In this document: positions 9,115-18,454 of the stretch, in pieces
Position numbering within the stretch: the stretch's first letter is position 1
Layout of the letters: each line of letters starts with the position of its first letter
Origin: a bacterium
Lineage (GTDB): Bacteria; Zhuqueibacterota; Zhuqueibacteria; Residuimicrobiales; Krinioviventaceae
Assembly: GCA_963675755.2 (NCBI GenBank)
Contig: CAXXMD010000003.1
Coordinates: 2,624,001 to 2,688,000 of the forward strand
Direction: 5' to 3'
Length of the DNA stretch: 64,000 nt
The notes under the pieces: generated by a model
What the model was told of the DNA's origin: nothing
The model's input: the letters and a program-made list of their open reading frames with translations, nothing else
Database searches by the model: none
Position numbers and translations under genes: made by a program

Positions 9115-9992
9115 CCTATGGCAAATAACAGGCTGTAAATGAAAAGGATCTGGCCGGTTTGGGCCAGCACTTTGTTAAATATACGTCCCGGTTCTGTATT
9201 GAGTACTGTTTTAAATGCCGGTATAGCCAGCAGTAAAATTAAAAATGTGATGAGCACCCAGTCTTTTCCGGGATTCAATAGAGCAAAAATTGCAGTGATA
9301 ATCATGCCACCGATGATACAAACCAGATATTCAGCTCGTGCAAACGTTTCTCCAAATCGTACAACCAGGGTGCGTTTACCGGACTGCCTGTCCTGATGGA
9401 TGTCACGCAAGTTGTTAATTGTTAGAATAGCGGTGGAAAATAAACCGGGAACGAGTCCCAGTAATATCACTGTGGAATTAATATCAAGTGCCTGAACATA
9501 ATAGGTACCGCCAACTGCAACGGGTCCGAAAAAAATGAGAACAAACAGATCACCCAATCCATTATAACCCAGCGGATAAGGACCACCGGTATAGGCAATG
9601 CCGGACAAAATTGAGAGCGCACCAATTACAATTATCGGCCAGCCACCACGCCAGATAAGATAAATACCAAAAATCGAGGCAAGGCCAAATGTGATAAGGA
9701 ATGCCCATTTCATAGCCTTGGGTGAAACAAGTCCCGCGGCGGTGGCGCGTGTAGGCCCCAGACGATCATCATCGTCTGCTCCTTTTATGTGATCATAATA
9801 GTCATTGGCATAGTTGGTACCAATTTGGATTAACAACGCTCCAATACCGGCTAAAAGGGCTGCAAGGAGGTGAAACGCATGATCAGCAACCGCCAAACCG
9901 GTTCCCATAATGACAGGTGCCAGGGCAGCGGGCAGGGTTTTGGGTCTGCCTGCATCTATCCAGACGGACAGGGACAAGGGTTTGAGTTTCAT
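9102..9992 (-). CDS. menA: 1,4-dihydroxy-2-naphthoate polyprenyltransferase
   Basis: RPKTLPAA, NYANDYYD, NNLRDIHQD...GKRTL UbiA-family motifs. Confidence 0.93.
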   Translation of the reverse strand: MKLKPLSLSVWIDAGRPKTLPAALAPVIMGTGLAVADHAFHLLAALLAGIGALLIQIGTNYANDYYDHIKGADDDDRLGPTRATAAGLVSPKAMKWAFLITFGLASIFGIYLIWRGGWPIIVIGALSILSGIAYTGGPYPLGYNGLGDLFVLIFFGPVAVGGTYYVQALDINSTVILLGLVPGLFSTAILTINNLRDIHQDRQSGKRTLVVRFGETFARAEYLVCIIGGMIITAIFALLNPGKDWVLITFLILLLAIPAFKTVLNTEPGRIFNKVLAQTGQILFIYSLLFAIGWNL

Positions 9993-10645
9993 ATCAGTTC
10001 CATGGGTTCGGTAAAATGGTGTGGTTCAATGTACCAGATATTTTTGATATCTTCAATCACTATATCTCTGCTGTACGCGAGAATGAACAGGTCACGTTTC
10101 TTTTTGAATCCCTGTATTTCAAGAGGTATTTCGCCTCTTGCTTTGATTTTTAATTTTACTGTTTTCAGGTCAATTTTGCATTTCAAGGTTTTTATGGCGT
10201 CCGAATGAGAGCGATCCAGACCATCTGCCAGCCTCAACAGTGCAGCTAGTTTGAGTACTCTGAGACGGTCCCATGCTATTAACCTGGCATAGTTTATATG
10301 TTTTTTACGAGGAAGCTTTCTACTGTGATATCGTGCAATGTTGCCAATAACCAGTTTTTGTCTGTCATTCCAGCCTTCAAGTGAGCTTTTTTCAATAATA
10401 GATAAAGAGTTTTTATGGTGCTGTTTTTTACCCTGAACGTAACCAATGTCATGCAGTATTGCTGCTGCTTCCAGCATATCACGTTCGGTGTTTCCATATC
10501 CGTGCAGCGGTTTTAATTGATCAAATAACTGGAGCGCCAGATTCTTGACTTGCAGAATATGTGCCGGTTCCTGTTCCAGTTCATACATTATCCGGATTGC
10601 AGAATCGTAGCGTAACCGTGATTTTTTTGATCTTTTTTTATCCAT
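9989..10645 (-). CDS. Stand-alone HD-domain protein equivalent to the Ppx/GppA C-terminal region
   Basis: AAAILHDIG, HHKNS, IARYH, LRLADGLDRSH. Confidence 0.8.
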   Translation of the reverse strand: MDKKRSKKSRLRYDSAIRIMYELEQEPAHILQVKNLALQLFDQLKPLHGYGNTERDMLEAAAILHDIGYVQGKKQHHKNSLSIIEKSSLEGWNDRQKLVIGNIARYHSRKLPRKKHINYARLIAWDRLRVLKLAALLRLADGLDRSHSDAIKTLKCKIDLKTVKLKIKARGEIPLEIQGFKKKRDLFILAYSRDIVIEDIKNIWYIEPHHFTEPMELI

Positions 10646-11543
10646 TCTCTAACAAAACTCCGAACATCAGGTCACGCAGACTGACATGTGCCAATGATAA
10701 TTGAAAATGCTCTAGTATTGTATCAACCAGAGTTGCACCGGTGAAAATAACATCACTCCGGTCAGGGTGCAAACCAGTTATCTGTTTCCGTTCCTGAATT
10801 GTCTTAACAAATAAATCCGCTAAAATATTTTGCAAATTTACCTTTTCAATAACGGATTTGTGCGATTGTTCTCCATTTCGGATATCGATTTTCTTGTCCA
10901 TCATTGCCAGAGTCGTTGCCGTACCTCCAACAAAAATAACAGCCTCTGCCTGAAAAGGCTCAAGTTGGTTTTTTAGGGTGGCTAAAGTAAAACTGCGCAA
11001 TTGCTCCGCTTCCCCTTGTGTTGGAGGATCATTGTGGATAAAACGAGTTGTAAGACGCCTGCTGCCAATATCGAGACTTTTATAATTCAGAATCTGGGTA
11101 TCTCGGGCAAAAATAAACTCTGTACTTCCACCACCAATATCGCAAACCACATAATTGCCATGCATTTCAAGATCGCTCATTGCACCATTAAAGCTCATTA
11201 ATGCTTCAGTATCCCCGGATAATAACCGGGGTTTAATACCGGTTTTACTCATTATGAGGTCAAAAAACGTGTCCCGGTTTTGGGCGTCACGTGTTGCGCT
11301 GGTTGCAAAAGCTATAACTGTCTCGGCTTTGTACTGATCTATGATAGTTTTATAATCTGCTATTGCAGTAACAACCCGCATCATGGCTTCTTGCGAAAGG
11401 TTGCCCTGTGCGTCAAAGCCTTTACCCAGACGGGTAATGGTATCTATCATTTTCAGCGGGGTAAGGGAACCATCCGGTTTTTTTTCTGCAATTAGCAGTC
11501 TGGTAGAATTGGTTCCAATATCTATGGATGCTACTTTGGACAT
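10638..11543 (-). CDS. ppx: Exopolyphosphatase / guanosine pentaphosphatase, short form
   Basis: IDIGTNS, TRLG, ATSATRDA, DIGGGSTE, GGTATT ASKHA motifs. Confidence 0.9.
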   Translation of the reverse strand: MSKVASIDIGTNSTRLLIAEKKPDGSLTPLKMIDTITRLGKGFDAQGNLSQEAMMRVVTAIADYKTIIDQYKAETVIAFATSATRDAQNRDTFFDLIMSKTGIKPRLLSGDTEALMSFNGAMSDLEMHGNYVVCDIGGGSTEFIFARDTQILNYKSLDIGSRRLTTRFIHNDPPTQGEAEQLRSFTLATLKNQLEPFQAEAVIFVGGTATTLAMMDKKIDIRNGEQSHKSVIEKVNLQNILADLFVKTIQERKQITGLHPDRSDVIFTGATLVDTILEHFQLSLAHVSLRDLMFGVLLENG

Positions 11544-11585
11544 ATAGGGGTATTCGTGTTTAAGGGTGTTGGATTCAGTTATATA

Positions 11586-11903
11586 TTATTCATTACCCAG
11601 TTTTATCAGTATCATTTCAATGGTATCATTGATTTTTTTAATATCTTTGATCCGGCCTTTTTGGGGCTTTAATTTTAATAATTTCAGGCTTTCCAGCATT
11701 TCAGCAAGTTCATCTCTGTCTTGTGCACCTTCAGGCAGGTCCTGCAATTCAGATGCTGTCAGATTGTTAATGCTCCACACCATTTTGGCTTCAAGGTTGG
11801 CCTGGTATCGTTGTACAATATCGCGAAACTGGATACGTAATGCAGTCACTTCAGCGATGATTTCCTGGCGCAGCTTTTCCGGATTTTTCTTTTTGTCTAT
11901 CAT
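11586..11903 (-). CDS. Small helical protein with basic KLKPQKGRIKDIKK patch
   Basis: 105 aa; start overlaps the kinase stop (ATGA). Confidence 0.7.
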   Translation of the reverse strand: MIDKKKNPEKLRQEIIAEVTALRIQFRDIVQRYQANLEAKMVWSINNLTASELQDLPEGAQDRDELAEMLESLKLLKLKPQKGRIKDIKKINDTIEMILIKLGNE

Positions 11904-12589
11904 TTGGCTTTCTGTAACAAGAGTTCAATTTTCTTTTGCAAATCCGCAGCTATTGTCCGTTGCGTGCGATTGCCGTTAATCATTTCAAAGTCATATTGAT
12001 CGTGCAGGTTGCTGAATTCTGTTTTGATTTTGCGTTGATATTTGATAAAGCTTTCAAATACATCGCGAGACAAACGGATATCCATGCCCGATTCCCAATA
12101 ATCCAGTTGGTTTTTCTTTTGGAAGTTTCGTTCAATTAGAAATCTGGGAGAAACATCGAGATAAAATACCGCATCGGGAACCAATGCGAGATTTTCATAA
12201 ATGTTTTTCAACCAATTGGGATTGGCTCCGCGAACAATATCACGTACCATTAATGTATATATATATCTGTCTGCAAGAACTATAAAACCAGCACGCAATG
12301 CCGGAATAATGGTGTTTTCCATCTGGTCTGCAAAATCGGTAGCATAAAACAGACTCAGGGTAACAGGGCTGAGAATGTTTCCCTGCATTGCCTGTTCCAG
12401 TTCCGCGCTCACCAGATTTGAACGTTTTAAGCCGACATTCACGGTTGCATGACCGCTACCTTCAAGCCAGTTGGTAAGGAGTCGTATTTGAGTTGAACGA
12501 CCTGAACCATCTGCACCTTCAATGACGATCAGTTTTCCCGCCAGTTTATTTACATCACAGCCGGGGATTCCCTTGCCGTAAAATTTCAT
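11900..12589 (-). CDS. Thymidylate-kinase-like protein B (P-loop GADGSGRST, Lys replaced by Arg)
   Basis: LIVIEGADGSGRSTQ, LADRY; likely start MKFYG at 12589 rather than 12640. Confidence 0.85.
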   Translation of the reverse strand: MKFYGKGIPGCDVNKLAGKLIVIEGADGSGRSTQIRLLTNWLEGSGHATVNVGLKRSNLVSAELEQAMQGNILSPVTLSLFYATDFADQMENTIIPALRAGFIVLADRYIYTLMVRDIVRGANPNWLKNIYENLALVPDAVFYLDVSPRFLIERNFQKKNQLDYWESGMDIRLSRDVFESFIKYQRKIKTEFSNLHDQYDFEMINGNRTQRTIAADLQKKIELLLQKAK

Positions 12590-12599
12590 GATAGTATCC

Positions 12600-13280
12600 T
12601 TACTTTTTAAGTTTGAACGATGGTAAATCGAAACGTTCATTCACGAGTTCACGAACAGTTTGTTGCTGCTGATCAACAGGTGCTGTTGCATCTATAATTG
12701 TAAAATTAAATTCTTTTGCCATATTGTCATAAGCATCATTAATGCGTCCCTGAAAAATTCTAAAGCTTTCGTAAGGGTCGGTAGACAAGTTCAGATCCAT
12801 ACCAGCTTCATGATACTTTAATTCCGGGCGTCCTTCAAGGATTCGGTTGATGGCGGTGTTGGGATTGAGTTTGAAATATAGTGTAATATCCGGAACTGAA
12901 GCAAAACTGTAATTGTTTTTTACCCATTCCGGGTCACAACCCCTAACCGTATCACGTGCAAAAGCTGTAAAAAAGTATCTGTCTGCCAATACAATATAAC
13001 CGGCGCGCAACAAGGGCCAGATCTGACGTTCATAACGGTCTGCAAAATCTGTACAATGTATAAGAGAAAATGTTGTGGGTGTAAGTAACTGACGTTTTTT
13101 CCCTTTTTTAGTTGCAGCTTTAACCAGTAATGAAGAATTCCACTCTGTGAAAAATACTTTATACTGTTCTAGCTCCAACCAACGCTTTAACAGGTAAATC
13201 TGTGTGGATTTTCCTGATCCATCTAATCCTTCCACGGCGATCAAGCGGCCGGGTGCGTTGTGCTTTTGTATCTTGACCAT
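12600..13280 (-). CDS. Thymidylate-kinase-like protein A (P-loop GLDGSGKST)
   Basis: LIAVEGLDGSGKSTQ, FTEWNSS, LADRY, EAGMDL. Confidence 0.88.
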   Translation of the reverse strand: MVKIQKHNAPGRLIAVEGLDGSGKSTQIYLLKRWLELEQYKVFFTEWNSSLLVKAATKKGKKRQLLTPTTFSLIHCTDFADRYERQIWPLLRAGYIVLADRYFFTAFARDTVRGCDPEWVKNNYSFASVPDITLYFKLNPNTAINRILEGRPELKYHEAGMDLNLSTDPYESFRIFQGRINDAYDNMAKEFNFTIIDATAPVDQQQQTVRELVNERFDLPSFKLKK

Positions 13281-13356
13281 AATTTTTCCATTTTTAAAAT
13301 TATAAAAACATAATTTATTATTAATAATTCAAGAAAGCAAGGGAATATGTAAAATA

Positions 13357-14202
13357 TTACTCGGGAAGTTTAAATTTGTCTTTAAATTCTTTAACAAAAT
13401 CCACTGTTTTGCGGATATCTTTAATCTGTTCTTCTCCTGCAATTTCGCGTTCAATGGTAAACGTACCCTTGTAATCCAATTCAAATAATGTCCTAAAGAA
13501 ATCCTGAAACAATACATCCCCGGTTCCTGCAAGTACTTCGGTTCCCCATTCTTTTCCCGGTTCTTTTGCCCACAAGGCATCTTTAATGTGAACACTTTTG
13601 ACATAATTGCCAAGCAGTCGTAGTGCTGAAATGGGTTCTCCCGCGCCATACAAGATCATGTTTGCGGGATCAAAGTTGACCGCGAGGTTTTCACGGTTTA
13701 CAGATTCAATAAAGTTTAACAGTATTTTGGCTTTTTCCTGGCCGGTTTCCAGGTGTACGCGCATATCACGTTCTCCGCAATAATCGCAGAGTTTTTGTGT
13801 AGCATCTACAAGCCGGGTAAATGTTTCGGATTTGATATTTTCAGGTATAAAACCTATATGCATCCCAATAGCAGGTATGTTCATGGATTTGGCAAAGTCT
13901 GCAATTTCAATGCATTCCTGAAAACGGGACTCAAAAGTATCTGCTGGGGCAAGACCTACGGTCTCTTCAACTTTAGGTATGCTTTCATAACTTTCACCTT
14001 CAAAGCCGCAAAACAAGATGGTGATCTCTATGGATGCGTCTTTGAATAGTTGTAAAAGTACTTTTTGTTTTTCCGCTGTTCGCTCACCCTGGGGTGGAGT
14101 CAATACCTGTGCTGTAGGAATATCCAAAGATTTGGCGGCGTTTAGACGAGTGACCAGGTGCTCATCGGGAATAATAAATATACCAAGAGGATTTTTGTCC
14201 AT
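13357..14202 (-). CDS. Sugar phosphate isomerase/epimerase (xylose isomerase-like TIM barrel)
   Basis: HIGF, LETGQE, NFDPAN, VHIKD, TIERE metal-binding motifs. Confidence 0.85.
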   Translation of the reverse strand: MDKNPLGIFIIPDEHLVTRLNAAKSLDIPTAQVLTPPQGERTAEKQKVLLQLFKDASIEITILFCGFEGESYESIPKVEETVGLAPADTFESRFQECIEIADFAKSMNIPAIGMHIGFIPENIKSETFTRLVDATQKLCDYCGERDMRVHLETGQEKAKILLNFIESVNRENLAVNFDPANMILYGAGEPISALRLLGNYVKSVHIKDALWAKEPGKEWGTEVLAGTGDVLFQDFFRTLFELDYKGTFTIEREIAGEEQIKDIRKTVDFVKEFKDKFKLPE

Positions 14203-14325
14203 TTGAAAAACCTGCTTTGTTATAATAGATAATATGTTTAAATTTGATATAATTTTCTAATATAGTAAAATTGTTTCCGGTTGTCAAGCTTTTCAGGGTA
14301 GCCGGATGATAATAAAGGAATTGTT

Positions 14326-15345
14326 ATGAGTAAAAAATTTGACTGGAAAATAGTAGCGGGAATTCTTGTCAGCCTGTTTTTTATGTATTTTGCTTTTCGC
14401 AAGGTAGATATATCTCAAATGGGATCGGCATTCGCAAAGGCCAATTATTGGTATTTGCTGCCGGTTGTGGTTATTCTGTTGTTCAGCCATTTACTGCGGG
14501 CCTGGCGATGGAAATTGCTGCTGGCACCGCTTGGAAATATCCGTATGGTCAATGTTTTTTCTGCGCTCATGATTGGTTATATGGCAAATACCTTTGTACC
14601 CGCACACCTGGGTGAAATTTTTAGGGCCTATGTTGTTGGACGAAAGAACGAAATCTCTTCCAGCGCTGTATTTGCCACGGTAGTGGTTGAGCGTGTGCTG
14701 GATATGATAAGCCTTGTGGTTTTGTTGGCGTTGACTTTGGTGATTTATCCATTTCCGGATTGGGTTAAAAAAAGCGGATATATCTCTTTTGTTTTTATTG
14801 CCGTTTTTGTTGCCGTGTTGGTACTCATGAAGATATTCAAAGAACCGGGATTAAAGCTCCTGAAAAAGATGTTGAGTATTTTTCCTGAGAAATTCAGCAA
14901 TACCATCTATGATCTGGTTAAATCCTTTTTGGAAGGCATAATGCCTCTGAAGCACTGGCACCATTATTTTACAATCCTTGTCATAACGGTAATCATGTGG
15001 GCCTGTTATGCTTTTATTTTTAATCTTTCTTTTTATGCTTTTGATTTTGTAAATGCCTATGATGTACCCTGGAAAGCGTCTTTAGCGCTGCTGGTTGTAA
15101 CGACAATCAGTATTGCTGTGCCTTCATCTCCCGGATATGTGGGGACTTATCATTATCTCTGTCAGCAGGGTTTGAGCTGGTTTAATGTACCGGAAAGTGA
15201 AGCGCTTAGCTTTGCATTTGTAGCGCATGGAATGAATTTTATACCTGTATTGATACTCGGATTTTTCTTCTTGTCTTACGAAGGGTTGAGTTTCAGGAAC
15301 CTGCAGAAAAAGCCGGAAATACCTTTAACTGAAGAAGCAGATTAA
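14326..15345 (+). CDS. Lysylphosphatidylglycerol synthase TM / UPF0104 flippase-like protein
   Basis: RAWRW, GYMAN..PAHLGE, VVERVLD, VPSSPGYVG. Confidence 0.85.
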   Translation: MSKKFDWKIVAGILVSLFFMYFAFRKVDISQMGSAFAKANYWYLLPVVVILLFSHLLRAWRWKLLLAPLGNIRMVNVFSALMIGYMANTFVPAHLGEIFRAYVVGRKNEISSSAVFATVVVERVLDMISLVVLLALTLVIYPFPDWVKKSGYISFVFIAVFVAVLVLMKIFKEPGLKLLKKMLSIFPEKFSNTIYDLVKSFLEGIMPLKHWHHYFTILVITVIMWACYAFIFNLSFYAFDFVNAYDVPWKASLALLVVTTISIAVPSSPGYVGTYHYLCQQGLSWFNVPESEALSFAFVAHGMNFIPVLILGFFFLSYEGLSFRNLQKKPEIPLTEEAD

Positions 15346-17744
15346 ACCATCAAAGCGCTACTGTATTCATCATTAACCGTATCGACCTGAATGATCACCG
15401 GAAGCATATCTTTGACCGGTTCGATATGGGTAATGATGAATACCTGTCTGAACTGAGTTGAAAGCTGCCCCAAGGCTGTTAAAATCAAATCACGTCGTTC
15501 TGAATCCTGCGAGCCAAAAATCTCATCCAAAACAATAAAGTTTACCGGTGCACCACCACTACGTTCTGCAACAATCTGACTGATTGCTATTCGCAAACAG
15601 AGATTGGCAAGATCCTGTTCTCCGCCGGAAAACCGACCAATGGGGAAGGATTCGCTGCCGTCATAAATACGGATGTTGTAATCATTGTCCAGCTCCATGA
15701 GGTTGTAGCGCGAGTGCGTAGTCAGAGCAAGTAATGCGGATGCCTGATGTGCGATGAGAGGTCGCACCCGGGATGCCAGTTCAGACCGAAAAGTGCCAAA
15801 ATGTTCATCCAGAGCATTGAGATACAGGATCTCTTCTTTGATGGTTTGTATATTGTCCCGAATTTCTTTTTGTGCTTTAATTTCAGACTCTATTGCGTTC
15901 AACTGTGTTTTGAGTTCGGCAAGTTTTTCACGGGAACCGGCAAGCACTTCTTTTGCCTCATCGGCTTCACGTATCTGCAAATCTACCTGATTCTTTGAGG
16001 TATTGTAAGCAGTTGGGTCAAAATGAAGGTTCTTTTGACGATCAAGCAGAGATTTAATATCATTTTCGAGCTGTTTGATGTTTTTATCTGTAATGGATAT
16101 ATCTTTTTCAACCCCGGCTTTACGTTTGACCTGCTCCTCGGCACGTGCGGTTTTGTTTTTGATTTCGAGCAGGGATTCATATTGTGCTTTTACAGCCTCA
16201 TGTTCATCTTTTGAATAGGGAGTGTCTCCCAACTGGTCCAGTTCTTTTTGAACAAGCTCGAGTTGCTGGGTATAGCTTGAAATGGTTTCCTGGATGCGAT
16301 TTTGCACATCAACTGCTTCAAGTGCGCGCTGTTGTTTTTTTAACAACTGTTCGCGTTCACCGCGTATTTTACGAATGGATTGTTCGGTTTCTTTGAGACC
16401 GGCTTCAATTTCTGCTTCCTTGGTCCGAAGTGAAACCAGATCTGCTCGCAGCTTTTTTAAAAGCTGGTCCATTTCTTCAGAAACAGAATGTAGATGGTCT
16501 CCCAGTCGTTGTGAGCACAGGGGACACTTGCCTTCGGGGCCCACCTCTTTGAGCTGATCCAGCTTTTTACGCTCTTTTTGTCCCTGCTCGGTAATAGCAA
16601 GTGTTGAACCTTTGACCTCTGTTAATTGCTGCTGCAATTGTTTCTGTTTTACTTCTGCCTGTTTTTCCTGACCGGCCAACTGTTCAATCTCTTTTTCAAT
16701 TTCTTTCAGGTCCTGAGCTTTTTCCTGGTATTCGGACAACCGTTTCTCTTCGCGGGATATGTTTTCCTGCATGCGCATTTGTTCTTTTAATCGCGATTGG
16801 CGTGCGGTATCATTAAGCTGTTCACGATCCATTTGTTCTTTTTGTGCTTTGATCTCGGCAAAGGGGGCGAGCTGGATTTCCAATTCTTTTAATGCTTTTT
16901 CTGCCTGAAGGATATTTTCAAGATCGGTTTGAGATCGGGACAGCATCTCGTTGCTGCCTTCCAGGCTTGATCGGGTACGACCCAGTTGAGAGTCAAGGTC
17001 GATGAACTGCTCGCGCAATGCTGAAAGTTTTTCAAATTCGGTTTTGCCCTCGGCCAGGGCTTTGGTTTTCTGCTCAACAAGATCGGTTTGGGCTTTAACG
17101 GTTTCGGTTTGTGTTGTGTGAGATTTTTTTATATCCTGAAGCGTTTGTTTTAATTCATCAATGTTTTTTAAGGATGAAACCTGGCCGTTCATGAACTGCT
17201 GTTTGTTATTGCGATCAATACGGACTTGTTTTCGTGCGTAATCGATCTTGTCAATACCAATTAACCGGTTAATGCTTTTACGACGTTCTTCCGGTGAAAG
17301 GGAGGACAGCTTGTCAAGGTCCTTTTGTCTTGCGAAAACCGAAGCGGTAAAAGCGTTATAATCCAGTTGCAGCAGGTTCTGGATAAACTCGTCAACACCA
17401 CGGTCCTGCACGGCGACTGGATTGTCGTTTCCATCCCGATAAACTGCAGCTTCACTGGTAGCGTTTTTCCCCTTGAGCTTGCGGACGATCTTGTATTCAT
17501 GGTCCCCAAAGTTGAATGTCATTTCAACACTGCATTGGGACTTGTCCGGGGCGTTTTGTGAACGGATGTCCTGCTTTTCCGTACGTCCCAGACGGTTGCC
17601 GTATAAAACCCATCCGATTGCTTCTATCAAAGTGGATTTGCCCGAACCATTTCTGCCGATGATGCCGATAAGATTTTCCGGAAATTCCAGTTCAAGAGCG
17701 CTGAAGCGGCGATAGTTTTCCAATTTGAGTGTTTTAATGATCAT
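15342..17744 (-). CDS. sbcC: SbcC/Rad50-type SMC ATPase
   Basis: Walker A GRNGSGKS, coiled coil with CPLC zinc hook, FSGGEQ signature, LDEIFG Walker B; start at MIIKTLKLENY (17744). Confidence 0.88.
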   Translation of the reverse strand: MIIKTLKLENYRRFSALELEFPENLIGIIGRNGSGKSTLIEAIGWVLYGNRLGRTEKQDIRSQNAPDKSQCSVEMTFNFGDHEYKIVRKLKGKNATSEAAVYRDGNDNPVAVQDRGVDEFIQNLLQLDYNAFTASVFARQKDLDKLSSLSPEERRKSINRLIGIDKIDYARKQVRIDRNNKQQFMNGQVSSLKNIDELKQTLQDIKKSHTTQTETVKAQTDLVEQKTKALAEGKTEFEKLSALREQFIDLDSQLGRTRSSLEGSNEMLSRSQTDLENILQAEKALKELEIQLAPFAEIKAQKEQMDREQLNDTARQSRLKEQMRMQENISREEKRLSEYQEKAQDLKEIEKEIEQLAGQEKQAEVKQKQLQQQLTEVKGSTLAITEQGQKERKKLDQLKEVGPEGKCPLCSQRLGDHLHSVSEEMDQLLKKLRADLVSLRTKEAEIEAGLKETEQSIRKIRGEREQLLKKQQRALEAVDVQNRIQETISSYTQQLELVQKELDQLGDTPYSKDEHEAVKAQYESLLEIKNKTARAEEQVKRKAGVEKDISITDKNIKQLENDIKSLLDRQKNLHFDPTAYNTSKNQVDLQIREADEAKEVLAGSREKLAELKTQLNAIESEIKAQKEIRDNIQTIKEEILYLNALDEHFGTFRSELASRVRPLIAHQASALLALTTHSRYNLMELDNDYNIRIYDGSESFPIGRFSGGEQDLANLCLRIAISQIVAERSGGAPVNFIVLDEIFGSQDSERRDLILTALGQLSTQFRQVFIITHIEPVKDMLPVIIQVDTVNDEYSSALMV

Positions 17745-17894
17745 GTTGTGGACCCTTTTTGGTGATATATAATATAAAGAAAAATGTGAAAAATTAACAT
17801 GAATTTTTATGAAATACTTGTTTTTTTTGTTATTGTTTATTATATTCAATGCTACAACTGTGTTTACAAGCGAGTTTATATATAGGAGATTCTC

Positions 17895-18095
17895 ATGGCT
17901 AAGAAACAAATGACATTTGAACAAAAGGTGAGCAAAGGCCACGCTCCCAACGACAAATACGTACAGGTTGTATGTGCTTACAAATCAGAAGCAGATACCT
18001 GGAAATACAAACAAAAAAATGTACGTATTCCTGATGGACAAAATGAAGATCAGGTTGTTGACAGTGAAATTAAAAGAATTCAGGCTACTGCATAA
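17895..18095 (+). CDS. Small basic protein, DUF4295-like
   Basis: aggag RBS; MAKKQ...VQVVxAYKS..TWKYK pattern recalled from DUF4295, not verified. Confidence 0.55.
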   Translation: MAKKQMTFEQKVSKGHAPNDKYVQVVCAYKSEADTWKYKQKNVRIPDGQNEDQVVDSEIKRIQATA

Positions 18096-18113
18096 AAATA
18101 AAGGCGAATAGCT

Positions 18114-18380
18114 ATGCCAGTTAGCAAAGAGTTGTTGGAAATTTTATGTTGTCCCAAGTCCCGGGTTTCATTGTTTGAATTGACTGGTGACCAGATCACC
18201 CGTTTGAATGAACAAATTGAATCCCGCGATGTTCAATATGTGGATGGTAAAAAGGTTGACAAACCCTTGCAAGAAGGATTGATCACCGAAGATAAAAAAA
18301 CGATCTATCGGGTAGATGATGAGATACCCATTATGTTGATTGATATGGGTATTCCGGTAGAGCAGTTTGAAGATTTTTAA
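18114..18380 (+). CDS. Trm112-like (UPF0434) protein
   Basis: LLEILCCP...YRVDDEIPIML. Confidence 0.85.
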   Translation: MPVSKELLEILCCPKSRVSLFELTGDQITRLNEQIESRDVQYVDGKKVDKPLQEGLITEDKKTIYRVDDEIPIMLIDMGIPVEQFEDF

Positions 18381-18399
18381 TTGTGATTTTATTGATTTC

Positions 18400-18435
18400 A
18401 AGGGTGTACAAGTGTATTGTGCACCCTTTTTTTTT
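18400..18435 (+). terminator. Rho-independent terminator
   Basis: aagggtgtaca...tgtgcaccctt followed by a T-run. Confidence 0.8.
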
Positions 18436-18454
18436 ATTTTAAACGGGGTATGTT

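Noticed and set aside
11900-13280. Housekeeping tmk duplication
   Set aside because: The usual TREPG motif is absent (TEWNS / VGLKRS instead), one P-loop has Arg, and the context is ppx; gene symbol withheld.
17745-17942. 66 aa N-terminal extension of SbcC in the ORF track
   Set aside because: It spans an AT-rich divergent promoter region and overlaps another gene; the SMC N-terminus begins at 17744.
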